NCBI GenBank assembly: GCA_004431415.1
Contig: QPMI01000469.1
Coordinates: 62,001 to 126,000, forward strand
Reading direction: 5' to 3'
DNA: 64,000 nucleotides
DNA from: Cyanophora paradoxa CCMP329
Lineage: Eukaryota; Plantae; Glaucophyta
Below, piece after piece: positions 23,801-36,901 of this stretch (positions within the stretch are counted from its first letter, which is position 1; each line of letters starts with the position of its first letter). The notes under the pieces are model-generated. The model was not told where the DNA came from, searched no databases, and worked only from the letters and a program-made list of their open reading frames with translations. A program made the position numbers and the translations under genes.

Positions 23801-26622
23801 GAGCTGCGCCGCAACCCCGCGCGTGAGGCGCCAAGCGGCCTCCGCCAAGCGGGCGGGAGCCGACCTTGATCTCGCCCTCGGGCGTGCGGACGATTACGGA
23901 CATGCGCTTCCGGTTCGAGTTGAACTCGAGGATCTGGGCGGGGGCGGGAACTCAGCGAGGCGGGCAGGAGGCGAAGCGGGGCAGGCGGGGGCGCGGCGCT
24001 GCTCCCGGCGCACATTCAGGAGCTCGAAGGTGACGTCCTCGCCCAGAATCTCCACGGTCATCGTGCTCGAGGTCCGGCCCTGCCGCCGCCGCCGCCGCCG
24101 TGAGCGCCGGGGCCGGGGCCGGGGCGGGAACGGACGGGCGCCGGCGGCGGGCGGAACGCACGATGAAACGGTAGCCCATGTCGGCGGCAGCACCCACGAG
24201 GGCCGTCTCATCGGGGGAGGCCCCCTGGTACACCAGGCCTGCGGCGCGGGTCGGCGGGGCCGATGCGGGGCGCGCGGGAGGGCCGCACGCGAGGGGTCGC
24301 CCTTGTCGCGCTCGGGGATGCAGGCGTGGCAGAGGGAGAGGCAAAGGAGGAACTCGCGCATGCTCTCGGCGTGCGCGCCCGTCTCCCGCACCACCTGGAA
24401 GATGCGCGAGTCCCGGAAGAGCCGCGACTCCGCCCGCTGCTCCCTGTTCGCCGCCGGCGACGGCGTCGAGCCCTTGCTCGGCTCCCGGCCCCGGACGACG
24501 AGCGCCGCCCCCGCGCGGGCCGTCGGGGCGCTCGCCGCCGGCCCCACGCCCGACCCATTGATGGCGACCACCTTGGGGTACGCGCCGTCGTCGCCCTCAG
24601 TTAGGACGCCGCCCTCGCTGCCGCTGCCGCTGCCGCTCGCCGGGCCGGCGCTCCCGTACATCACGCCCCCGATTGAGCAGCGCGCGAACGTCATCTGATT
24701 CCTCGTCAACGTGCCCGTCTTGTCCGAGAAGACGTACTCCACCTGCGCCGCTGTGTTCAGGCCGCGGCGAGCGCGACAGGTTTCCTCGGCGGGGGCCCGC
24801 CTACCTGGCCGAGCTCTTCGTTCAGGTTGGAGGTGCGCGCCAGGGCGGGCGTGTCCGTCTCGTCATGGTACATCTCGACGTCCCAGTTGATGAGGAAGGT
24901 CTGCGGAGAGGAGTGCGGTCAGGCGGGTGGTCCGGGAGGCGGGTGCGGCGGGCGAGCCTGTATCAGCTTCACGATCTCCATCGTCACGTAGAGCGAGATG
25001 GGGACCATGTACGTGAAGGAGAGCCAGAAGGTCAGGAAGGAGAGGGCCGAGTCGCCCTCCGTCCACGAGAGGTTCAGGTACCAGTGGCGCGTGCGCGCCG
25101 AGCTCTGCCGCCCCGCGTCGGCCGCGGAAGACGAAAGGAAAGAAACAGAGCGCGCACGTTCCAGGTCCAGTTGGCGATGGCGCACGCGACGCAGATGATG
25201 ATTTGGCAGAGGACAATGAAGACGAGCTGCATGTTGACGACCTTCTCGACGCGGGACCGCTTCGAGGGGGTGTGCCTGCCGCGCCGTCAGCCGGCGGCCA
25301 CGTTGAAGCTCGGGCAACACGCACAGGGCGTTCTGCATGACTTTCGTGTCATGGCCCGTGAAGACGACGACGCCGTGGATCCAGCCTGTGTTGCGCAGAA
25401 CACAGCCGCGGAACACCGTCTGCTTCAGCGAGAGCGGAAAGTCCCCGGAGGCCAGGTGGATCGTCGCATCGAAGTTCAGCAGCCGGTTGTTCGGATGCTC
25501 GACCGACATTGTCGCTGCAGACGCCGGTAAGATGGTGGGCGGGCCCCGCGCGCGACTCTGATCGCACCCTTTAAAGTGTGTAGGTCTTCTGCTGTCGCGG
25601 CAGAAAGTGTCTGCGGCAACGCTTGCCTCACTTTGAGATTCGTCTCCCTGAAAGAGCGCGTTAGGCGCAAGGTGCAGGGACGCAAGCTTCGTTAGACGCA
25701 GACCCGTCGAGGTTCGCAGTCTCTATGAAGGCTACTCCTTCGGGCTCGCTAGTAGAGAGCAAGACCAAGTCTGCTGGTATTGCGCCGCGATCGTGCGTTG
25801 CCCGCACGACATCGCCGACGCGGATGTCTTTCCACAGCACCGGGACGAACTTTCCTTCTCGCAACACATCGGCTGTCCTGTTGTTTGTCTCCTTGTCAGC
25901 TGTGTGCCGTTTCTGCGCACCGTGGACACTTAGTGCGCTCAGGGCGGAGCAGGACCGCGGCGCGGACCCAGTCCTCGAAGGCCTCCTTGACGGCGCTGAC
26001 CGCGAGCACGAAGGCGAGCGGGGCCACAGCGAAGAAGGGATTCTGCGGGCTGATCTGCCGGATGCAGAACAGAACAGCATTTGCCTGCGCACGCGCGCGC
26101 GGCTGGTTAGCTTGAAGCGAGGTCGACCCCCACCGGGGCGTGCGCTTGAGCGTGCTTCAGCCTGGTTTACTCACCAGAAAGTAGAAATTGGCGGCTCTTC
26201 GAAACTGTTCAAAGAGATTCCTGCGGCTCGTCTTAGCACGGAGCTCCTAGACATTGCGAATGCGGAGCGCATGGCTGGGCCGGGGCTCACTTTGGAAGGA
26301 AAGTGATTACTGTGTACTTGCTGGTCTTCACGGAGTTGTCGCGGAACCGGTGCTCGTCATTCTTTAGGCTATCGTTGATGTGCAGCGTTCGGAAGGGCGC
26401 ATCGTGCTGGCCCGGTAACCTCCATCTGTGGTGGCCCGGGCCGTGATGGTCCTCCTGCTGGCCCGGTAATCTCCATCCACCGTTCACGGGAGCAGTGGCT
26501 GCGGAGGAGGCCTGCGGGGTGGCAGCCGCAGTCGGGCGGAGAACTGGAATGCGCGCGGGCGGGGATGCATTAGCAGTGTTGAGCACCGGCATTGCTGCAG
26601 CCTCCTGTTTACGCCCGCTCAT
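20809..26622 (-). CDS. P4-type ATPase (phospholipid flippase), multi-exon
   Basis: [65 protein letters not shown]. Confidence 0.95.
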
Positions 26623-27019
26623 CTGGCTTGGCGGGGGCCCATGAAGCGGCTGGGCGCCGTGCGCGCGGGCTAGCTGCAAAGACGACACAAGAGAGATAAG
26701 CCAAGTGTTACAGCTGGTCTTCTGCGGCTCCTGCGAAACTTGCTAAGAACGGCGCTATCCGTGTCTCCCCCTCCGAGATCAATGCTGCTGTTGGAACTTC
26801 CGATGTCCAGTGCGGCCTTCCGCTCCTAGAGCCCCGCTCTTGATCCCCCTGCGTTGGACCTAGAGCCCCGCTCTTTGCTATGGCAAGGTACCCCCCTCAC
26901 CCATTCCCCGAGTTTTTTTCTCGACACCAACTTCGTGCGACGACGAAGTCTAAGGCGGCCCGAGCCCGGTGGAAGCAGCCTTCGCGAATCCTGCGCCGTT
27001 GACACGCCGTTAGGTAGTG

Positions 27020-30000
27020 ATGTCCGAGCTCGACGCCGAGACGCCCGGCGATACCGACGATCAAGGAGCAGAACTGATGGGGTCGGAAAGAAGCTCGGTG
27101 CCCGACAACGTTTCATCGAGTGCTGCAGATATGCCTCAGCCTGCAGCCGGCGCACAGCAAGAGGCTGAGTCGGGCCCGTCTTCGCCCCCGCTTGAACTGG
27201 AGCAGCCTGCCGACCCTTCCGAACATGTGCGCCGCGCTTTGCTTCCAGCATTAGATCCCCACACACATAACTCGATCGCCCAGGAAGCGCCAACTTCGTT
27301 GGAAGAGCTGGAGACGGAGTCGGGGCGGCAACCGAAGCGCCTCCGGGTTAATGGAGACGGCTCAGCTAGTATCAACGAGGCTGACAGCGGCGGCGTGGCA
27401 ATGGAGAACGGAGAAGCGAAGGACGCGAGCGATCTTGAAGCATCGAACTCCGCCGAGCCAGTGCAGAGCGGCGAATCTCCGGCCTCGGACGGCACTCCTG
27501 CCGCACAGGCGGCGAGCGGCGCTTCACCAGAGGAGGCAAGCGGCGAGGTGGACTGTGCGGCCGAATCTGCCGACGCGGCAGAGCCCAGCGCTGGGGCGGG
27601 CGATGAGGCAACGGCAGTGAAGACGGAACTAGCCGGCGCGGCGCCCGGGGCGGCGGAGGCCGAAGGCGCGGGAGCGGCGCCATCGGGCGAGGCGCGGAAG
27701 GACGTGGCGGCGGAGTGGGCGACATCGGGCGAGCCGGAGCACTTCGCCCTGTGCGACACCCCCTTCGAGAGCATCCACGTCTCCCCCGTGCGCCCGGCCG
27801 CGCCCCCGACCGCCCGCACCGGAGAACGACTGGCGAGCGCCGCAGGACGGCCTCCGTGTGGTCGGCGGGGCGCGCGGCGGGCGCATCTGGATGGGATCGG
27901 GCCCCTCCTTCGGCCAGGAGGACTGCTGGCGTGCCCACGGGTACACCGCTGTCCTAGCCGTGCGCCCCGACCCCCCGCCGCCCGCGTCCCTGTACGCCCG
28001 GTCGACCCCGCTGGCAGATCCGCTTCTCCGCGGGAGGAGCCCGCCTCATTTCGTGCGGGTACGACGGGTTCGTGCGCTTCTGGGACACGAAGACGCGGTG
28101 CGTCGCCTGGCGCTCGCCCCCCACGCCGCGCAGTGTGCGCGGCGCTGAGGCGGGCGGCAGGGTGGAGCTGCACCACTTTGCGGTGGCGTCGCCGGGTAGC
28201 CTCCCCTTCGACATCGACGTCTCCCGCGACGAGAGCATCGTCCTCAGCGTCTGCATTAACGCCCTCACCGTCTGGGAGGCGCGCCCGCCCTCGCCCCCGG
28301 CCCGGCCCCGCCCTCGCCCCCCGCGGCGCCTCGCCGACAGCCGCTCGCAGGCGCGCACGGGCCGCAAGTTCGCTGAGATCCCCGCCAAGGACTGCAGCTG
28401 CGTCGCCCTCGCCCCGGTCCGCCCCCCCGCGAGCTTCGGACGGCGCCGCCGGCGCTGAGGGGCGGGGCCAGGACGGGCTGCGTGCGGCGGCGGGCGGCAG
28501 CACGGGCTGGCTCCGCGTCTGGGACCTCGCCTCGTGTGCGGAGCTCCTGAAGCTCCCGGGGCACCAGGTCTCCGTCACCTCTCTTGCCTTCGCGCAGGTG
28601 CCGCCCCCCGCCCCGCCCCCCCCCCGGCCCTCCGCTCCCCCGGCCCTCGGGTCCCCCGGCCCCCTGGCCCCTCACCCCGGCCGGCCGGCAGAACGGCGCG
28701 GTGCTGATCTCGGGGGGTTCGGACCGGGTGGTGCGCGTGTGGAGCGCGGGGGACGGCGCGCTCGTGCGGACGCTGGAGGTCGGCGTCCCGGTCTTCCGCC
28801 TCGCCGCCTCGTCGGACGGCTCGCTCGTCGCCCTCGTCACCCGCTCCGACCGCATCGTCCGCCTCTGGGACGCCGCCGCCGGCCGCCACCTCCGCTCCCT
28901 CTCGGGCCTCCAGGACGGGGAGACCCTCTGCACCTGCGTCGCCCTCTCCGAGAACGGCCAGGCGATCGCCGTCGGCACCGACCTCGACTCCTCCTCCTGC
29001 GGCTCTGCCCTCGTCTGGCGCCGCCGCTCCCCCGAGGCCGCCGCCGCCGCCCGCCGCTCCGCCCTCAACCCCGCCCCCGCCACCCCGTCGCCGGCCCCCG
29101 AGGGGGAGGGTGCGGCGGGGCAGGAGGCGGGGGCTGCAGCGGGGGCGGCGGTGGCGGCGCCCCCGGCGGAGGTGATCCGCCGCTGCCGGAGCCAGTGGAC
29201 CTGCCGCTGCAGCCGCCGAGCGAGGACCTGCCCGAGACCTGGCAGCGCCTCCGCAGCTCCCTCCTCGAGATTCGCCTCTTCGCGGCGCGCCCCGGCCCCG
29301 CCCCGCCCCGCCGGCCCCGCGCGCGCTCACGGCGGCGGCAGGTGCGGGAGCGGCAGCGGGCGGAGGACGCGGAGCGGCAGCGGGAGATCGTGGCGAGGAG
29401 GGCGGCAGAGGCGGAGGCGACGGCCGAGCGGGAGCGGACGCTGCGGCAGGTGACGGAGACGGCGGCGAACCAGGCGGTGGCGGCGGCGGAGCTGCAGCGG
29501 CGGCGCGAGGTCGAGCAGCTGCGGGTGGCCCCGGCGTCGCCGGCCAGCTCGCCGAGATGCGCGACCGCCTCGCGATCTCGCAGCGGCGCGCCGAGGAGGC
29601 GGCGCGCAAGTGGGAGGAGGGCGAGCGCCGCGCCGCCGTCGCCGAGGCCGAGGCGCGGCGCCTGCAGGCGCAGCTGCGGCTCGAGGAGGGCGGCGCGGCG
29701 GCCGCCGCCGAGCACGAGGCGGCGGCCGTGGAGGCCGCCACCGCCGCGATGCGCGCCCGGCTCGAGGCCTCGGAGCGCCGCCTCGTCGAGGCGGTGCGCC
29801 GGCGCCCCGTCCCGGCCCGGCCCCCGCCGCCCTCACCGCCCCGCAGGAGGCGGAGATCGCGCGCGAGGCGGACCGGCGCTCCGCGATCATCGCCGAGCTC
29901 TCGCGCGTACAGGCGAGGGCGCTGGGGCGGGAGGGCTCGCCGTGGCGCCTGACGGGGCGGCCCGCGCAGGCGGCGCTGGAGCGGGCGGCGGCGGAGGCGG

Positions 30001-30392
30001 CGGAGGCGCGACGCTGCCAGCAGCAGGCGATGAGCGAGGCGCAGGCGATGCGGGGCGAGCTGCAGGCCGCGGCGGGGGCCGTGGCGGAGGCCCGGCGCGA
30101 GTCGGCGCTGGTGCGGGGCCAGGTGCACCAGCTGGAGCAGCGGACGATCGAGGCGGAGCGGCTCGCCGTCGGGGCGCGCCTCTCGCACGACGAGGCGATG
30201 CGCCGCATGGCCATCATCATCTCCGAGCTCCGCGCCAAGCTCGACGCCTCCGAGGCCCTCGTGCGCCGCCGCGAGCCCTCGCTCGGAGGAGCCGCCCAGC
30301 CGCTTATTGGCTGTGTGCGCGCGCAGATAAACTCGCTGCAGGCGCAGCTGCAGGCGTCCGGTGGCTCTTCTTCGTCCGGGGCACGCCCCTGA
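27020..30392 (+). CDS. WD40-repeat protein with acidic N-terminus and C-terminal coiled coil, multi-exon
   Basis: WD repeats (VRFWD, LRVWD, GH..VTSLAF, ISGGSDRVVRVW, IVRLWD) followed by Ala/Glu/Arg-rich heptads. Confidence 0.75.
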
Positions 30393-31256
30393 GGAGCGCC
30401 GCCCCCGCATCCCCTTGCTAGTGCATCCCTCCAACGTTCAACGCATTGCCAAGAGTGTCACAGTGTCCATTTCTCGCTCCAAGCTCTAGTTTTTGTTCAG
30501 CGGTGGCTTTCTAGTTATTTCCCGCGCCCCCTAGCCTCAGGGCCTAGTAGTTTACTGAATGTCCAATGCATCGGGATCCCACGACCCTGCGATCGTTCCG
30601 AGTTTACGTTCTGCCTCCCCGTGCACGCACCGTGGCACTAGTACTGCGGGCACCTCAGGGCCTGCCAGGCTGTGGGGCCCCGGGCTAGCCTCGGCTCATG
30701 ATCATGCCATGATCATGATGATCAGCTCGGCCGCCGGGCCGGCGGCCCGCGGTACCGTAGTACCGTATACGTAGCCTAGTAGTACGCCATGACGAAGGCC
30801 TACTAGGCTAGACCCCTGCCAGGCTGGCCGGGGCCCCCGCGGCGTGCGGGAGAGATCACCCGGTGACCGAGTCACAGCCGTCACGGCGTGACCGAGCCTT
30901 TAAAAATTCAAATTAAATGATTTGTCAACTTGCACAAGTTGGCGATTTGCCAGTTGGCAATTTAATTTGCACAACTTGCCAAGTTCAATTGGGAACCGTT
31001 GAACGTTCAACGGTTCGAATTCAACGCCGTGACGCCTGGGGCGGCGGGGCCGTGCCACGGTGACGGTTCAACGGTTGCCACGGTACCGCCGGGCCGGTTG
31101 CTCGCCCAAAACTTCAAAGGCGACTCGCACGTCCGACGGTCCACCGGGAGATCATGCAACTCTGGGCCCCGCGGATGCTTTTTGAAACTCGGCGACTCTC
31201 GCAAATGACAAGACAACTCGGGCGCGGGAGGCACTGTGCGCAGAGGCCTAGGCGGG

Positions 31257-34200
31257 CTACTTGGGCTGGCGCGGCTCGGCCTGGGGCGGGTTGGGGCGGC
31301 CCTCGCGCTTCGCGACCCCCTCCACCTTCTTCATCCCCGGGTCGGAGCGCCGCTTCGGGCGCATGAAGAACTTGATCGGGGTCCCTGCGGCGGGGGGCTC
31401 TCGGCTAGGCGGCGAGAGGCGCTCGTGGCGCGTGCGCGCACGCACCCTCGAAGCCGAGGTTCTTGCGGAACTGGCGGTTGAAGTAGCGCTGGTAGTTGTT
31501 GTTGAAGAGCTGCGGCCGCCCGGCGCTCGGGCGGTTTCCGGTGAGGGGACGGGGCGGGGCCCACACCTTCGGGTCGTTGACGAAAAGCACCATCGAGGGC
31601 GGCTCGGCCCGGACCTGCCCGAGGGGGAACGCTGAGCTGAGCGAGACGCGCCGCCCGGCAGGCCGGCTGCCGGGCACCTGGGTGCCGTAGTAGATGCGGC
31701 CCTGCTGGCCACGCGGGTTCGTTGGCGGGGCGTGCCAGGCCGTCACCTGCGCGCGGCAGGCGGCGCGGGGCGTCGTCGGGAGAGGGGCGAGGGGAGAGGG
31801 GGAGAGGGGCGGCCTCTCGTGGAAGAGCGACGCACGTCGTTGATGACCTCGTTGACGACGCCCGTGGGCACGCGGCGCCGGTGCTGCGCCACCACCTGCC
31901 GCCGCCCCGCCCCGTCGCTCCCCGCGGCTTCCATCTCCCTGGGCCACGCGCGCGAGGCGCGCACCCTGTCGACGAGGTCGAGGATGCCGGGGACGCGCTG
32001 GCCCGTCAGCGCGCTGCCGCGGCGGCCCGTCAGGCGGCCCCGCCGCTGCGCTCGCCAAGGCGGGGGCGGGACCTGGTGAAGATCATGGGGGCCCACTCGA
32101 GGTCCGTGATGTACGAGCGGATCGACTTCTCGAACTCGTAGATCGTGTTCCCGTCCTGGGGGGCGGTGAGATGGGGGAGGGCGGGCGAGGGCGGGCGGCG
32201 CGGGGCCGCAACACCTTCTCCTGGACGGCGTCCCACTTGTTCGCCACGATGACGCAGGCGCGCCCCTCGTCGCTCACCTGGCGGCCGGTGAGAGGAGGTC
32301 CCCGGGCTCGCGATTCAGCGAGGGCCGGGGCACCATGCGCGCGAGCTTCTGGTCCTGGTCCGTGACCCCTGCGAATGCGGCCCGCCGCGTCACCTCAAGC
32401 GGCGTCGCGTGCGCGGGGAAGAGGCGGCGGGGCGGGCCCTCGGTGGCGTCCATGACGAAGAGCGCGACGTCGCAGCGGCGGATGGCCTGCGCGAAGCGGC
32501 CTCGGTCGGCCGACGCCGGGCGGCGGCGGCGGCGCTCCCCCTGGCCGCCCACCTTCATGGCGCGGTTGATGCCGAAGTACTCGGGCCCGAACGAGACCTT
32601 CGTGCGCCGCCGGATCCCCGCCGTGTCAATCAGCCGGTACACCTGCCCCGCCGGTCACTTGGCGCGCGGGGGACGTCGCCGCCGGCTACCGCGCGCGTGG
32701 CCCGCTCGCCTGGCCCTGCCTCGTAACGACCGTGTCGATCGCGTCGCGCGTCGTGCCCGAGATGGGGCTGCCAACGCCCCGCCCCGCTCAGGCCGCGCCC
32801 CGCGCCGGGCTGGGGGCGGCTTGAGGGCGCGCACCTGACGATCGCGCGGCCCTCCCCGACGAAGGAGTTCAGGAGGCTCGACTTGCCGACGTTCGGGCGG
32901 CCCACGATGGCGACCTGCCGCCGCGGCGCGAGCTCAGCCCGGCCCGGCCCCGCTGCTCGCCGCCGCTCGGAGGGGGAGCGGCGGACCCGGATCTCCTTGC
33001 TGGCGGCCTCGAGCTCCTCCTGCGAGGGGCCCGGCGGCAGGCGCGGGACCTGCCGCGCGGGGGCGGCGCTCGGAGGGAGAGGCGGCTGGAGAGGGCGCCG
33101 CGGGCGCACGAGGTCGTCGAGGATCTCAGCGAGGCCGTTGCCGTGCAGGCCCGACACGGGGAAGGGCTCCCCCAGCCCCATGCTCCAGAACTCGGCCGCC
33201 TGCCCCCGCCGCTCGCCCCCGCACGCCGAGGGGCGCCGCGCGGTGGGCGCCGCACCTGGAGCTGGCCCTGCGTGGGGGACTCGCACTTGTTGACGGCGAG
33301 GTACACGGGGATCTTGTTCATGTACTTCTGCAGCATTGTCGCGATGTCCTGCGCGGAGGACCCTCGGTGGGGACGCGAGCGCGCGCGGCCCGACAGCACC
33401 CCCCGCCCGCCCCCACCTTGTCGCGCGAGGAGGGCCCGACCTGCCCGTCGACGACAAGAATGGCCGCCGACGCTTCGGCCAGCGCCGCCATTGCCTGCGG
33501 GCGCGGGGGCGGACGCGTGAGGGGCGGGGGCCTCGCGGGGCGGGCGGGGCGGGCGGGGCGCCTGCTCGCGGATGAGGGGCATGAAGTCCTCCTGGTCGTT
33601 GAAGACCAGGCCGCCCGTGTCCACCACGATGAACTCCCTGCCCCCACGCCCCGTCAGCCCGCCCCCGCAACGTCTCGCCGCGCGCGGCCGGCGGCGGGCG
33701 GCGCACCGCCCGTTCCAGAAGGACTCGCGGTACGTCCGATCGCGCGTCACGCCGGGCGTGTCGTGCACGATCGAATCCTGCAGCGGCCGTGAGGAAAGAC
33801 AATCCAGAGTGCCGGGCGGCCGCGCGCCTTGTTGCCAGCAAGCCGATTCACGATCGTCGACTTGCCGACGTTCGGCCGCCCAAGGACCGCAACCACGGGC
33901 AGTCCCCGGTGCGGCTTGTAAACTAGCTTCGAGCTCGCTTTCTTCTGCTCCACCCCGCGTGAGCGCGCGCATGGCGCCTGCGCCAGTTCAAGAGCGCGGC
34001 ACTCGCCTTGTCGGGCTTTGGCTCCTCGATCGGCTCCTCGGCCACCTCAGCTCTCGCAGCCAGGTCTTCGAACTCGGCGAAGTCCATGTCCTCGCCCCAC
34101 GCAGGCGCCAGCTCGTCTTCTCCTAAGCGGAGTTCACGGAAGCATGAGCTGGAGCGGGCACGCTAGCTAGAGCTCGACGAGCCGTGCCCCAGGTTGAAAG

Positions 34201-34663
34201 CGTGCGTAAACTCTCACCTTCATCCTCCTCCTCGGAGACTTGGACCAGTTCCTCCTCAGACTGAACAGCGGGGACAGGATCCGCGGCCTTTCGAACCAGG
34301 GCGGGCGCGGTCAGGAAGCGCTAGATACGAGCTGGCTGCGTACGCACTTTCCCGCCCTGGGGCTTTGCCCGCGCCATACACACGGGGCTCGGGTGTGCAT
34401 CGACTGAAGCCCACGCTGCCTCGAACGTGCGCTGGGCCTCAAGCCGCGAGCGGGACGCCGATCCAGCGAAGAACTCGCGGCTGCGCGCCATATCTTGCAC
34501 TACATGGCCGGCTATAGATCTTCTGGGCGCCTGCGAGCTGCTGGCCTGCACGCGATCGAGCTCTGCGAAGCATGAGACGCGTACGCGAGCTCCCGAGGGC
34601 GCGGATCGCACCTGGGGCCTGCACAGCTGCCGGCGGCACGACTGGGCATAGGAAGGCCTCCAT
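31257..34663 (-). CDS. der: Ribosome biogenesis GTPase Der/EngA, probably plastid-targeted, multi-exon
   Basis: Two G-domains (GRPNVGKS twice, PGVTRD, DTGG, NKCE; GTTRD, DTAG, NKWD) and a KH-like tail ([20 protein letters not shown]). N-terminus MEAFLCPV. Confidence 0.93.
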
Positions 34664-34742
34664 CCCGAGCGAGCTTGAAGATCTAGCGTTTCACGGGTAC
34701 AGCACGCTTTTGAAACTTCGCATACGCGCCCTTGTCGCAAAC

Positions 34743-36809
34743 ATGAAGGAAGCGCTCAGCAAGATAGAGAGAGACTTCATCCTTCAAGCGCTGCGGGAGG
34801 GCGGCCAGCGCTTGGATGGCCGCCGGCCGTTCGACTACCGCAAGATCCGCATCACGTTCGGCACCGATACGGGGCTCGCTGAAGTCCAGCTGGGTCAGAC
34901 GCGGTCCGCGCGCTCCCCGGGCCGCCGCTCGCACCGCTGCCCTCGATCTCGCCTCGCAGCGTGACCGCCGTCGTCTCCGCTGAGATCGTCGAGCCGTATC
35001 CCGATCGGCCAACTGAGGGCTTTCTATCGTTCAATGTCGAGCTGTCGCCCATGGCGCACCCGTCTTTCGAGCCGGGCCGGTGCTCCTGGCGATTCCGACG
35101 CGCTTAGCTAGCGCGCCCACATAGCGGCCCCCGCCCCGCGCAGGCCATCCGAGTTCGCGGTGGAGCTCGGGCGCATCATCGAGCGCGGGCTTCGCGAAGC
35201 GCGCGCGATAGACACGGAGGGCCTCTGCATCGTCGCCGGAAAGAAGGCCCGCGCGGCGCCCGCCAGCCACGCCCGCGAACCGCAGCTCAACGAGCGGCAG
35301 GTCTGGTCCGTGCGCTGCGACATGCACGTGATGGACCACGGGGGCAACCTGATCGACTGCACTCAGCTGGCGCTAGGTGCGGCGCGCTCCCAGTGAGCCG
35401 CCCGCGCGCCCCGACGCCGCCGCGCGCAGTGCTCGCGCTGCTGCACTTCCGGAGGCCCGTCGTGAGCGTCGTCGGCGAGAGCGTCATGGTGGTGCGTGCC
35501 CCCGCCACGCCCCGACTCGGCGACGGCGGCCCCCGAACGACCCCGGGGCGGCGGCAGTACGCCACGAACGAGCGGGAGCCCATACCGCTCACGCTCCACC
35601 ACGTGCCCCTCTCCGTCACCTTCGCCTTCTTCGAGGACGGGTGCGCCCCGCCGGCCCCGCGCGGCGGAGCGCCCTGCTGGCCGGCGCCGCCGCCGCTCAC
35701 GCCGCGGCCCAGGGAGCAAGTGGTGGTGGACCCCTCCACGAAGGAGGAGCTCGCCGCGGACGGGCGGATGACCATCACGATGAACGCGCAGGTGCCCGAG
35801 GGCCGGCCCGCGCCCCGGCCTGCGCCGCTCACGGGCCGCTGTCGCAGCGGGAGATCTGCTGCGTGCAGAAGTCCGGGGGCTCGGCCATCACCGCCGAGCA
35901 GATGATCCGATGCGTCAAGATCGCCGCCGTGAAAGTCTCCGAGATCTCCAAGGCGAGGCCGCCGCCTTCGGGTCCGAGTGGCGCTGCTCACGTGCCTCGG
36001 CGCAGATCGTGAACCAGAACCTGCAGGCGGCGGACAGGAGGTCACACGCCCCTCGTTCTCACCGGGGCTCTCGTTTTCATGCTCTCCTCCGCAGCGCCGC
36101 GCAGAAGCGGCCGCGGAAGCCGCTGCGGGTGCCGGGCGCGGGCGGCCCTGCCTGCACGAACCTCACCGCCGGGTCGGCTGTCGCGGCCTCCGAAGCCGCC
36201 GCCGCCGCCGCCGCCGCCGCCGCGGACGCCGAGATGGCCGACGCGGACGGGCCGGCGTGCGCAGCGCCACCCCGCCCCGCGCTCCCGCCCGGGCCGACGC
36301 TGCGGCGCAGGCCCCCGCCGGCGATCCCGGTGCCGAAAGCTGCCGCGGGAGACGACATGGAGGCCCTCTTCTACGGGCAGAAGAGCCAGTGGGAGGACAA
36401 GGAGGAGAAGGTGCGGGGCCCCGCGGCCGCCCCTGCGCTGGGCCGCAGTGCGAGCGGGGGGGCGCGGGGGCGGGCGCAGGCGGACCCCCAGTCGCTGCAG
36501 GCGCAGCGGAGGAAGAAGAAGAAGGAGCGGCGGCGGGCGGGCGGCGGCGAGGCGGACGAAGAGGGCAGCGAGGAGGAGGAGGGCGACACGGCCACCCTCC
36601 ACTCTGAGTTTGCGCCGGCCCCCGCGGCGCCAGCGGCCGCCCCCGCGCCCTCCCCGCGCAAGGCCCCCGTGCCCGAGCCGGCGCCCACCGCGGCGGTGGC
36701 CAAGCCGGCCAAGACGAAGAAGGCGGCAGCGGCGATGGAGGACGATGGCGAGCTCGACCTCGCGGCCGCCGTCAAGAAGAAGCCGGCCGGCGGGAAGAAG
36801 AAGGCCTAG
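34743..36809 (+). CDS. RRP45: Exosome complex component RRP45 (EXOSC9), multi-exon
   Basis: RLDGR..DYR, VQLGQT, PYPDRPTEG, LCIVAGKKVWS, DHGGNLID, LLHFRRP, P.TLHHVP, QKSGG; low-complexity Lys-rich tail. Confidence 0.93.
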
Positions 36810-36901
36810 GCAGCTGTCTTAAGCTTTCAATCTTTGAATGAAATGATGCATGTGTATTCCGCGTATACAGAGGGGCGGCGGTATGTACAGGGGTGCTTGC
36901 G

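Noticed and set aside
27017-30434. Very long ORFs on both strands (1134, 619 and 480 aa)
   Set aside because: Stop-poor GC-rich DNA reading through introns. Only exon segments match WD40/coiled-coil; most Arg/Pro/Ala-rich ORFs in the track are shadows.
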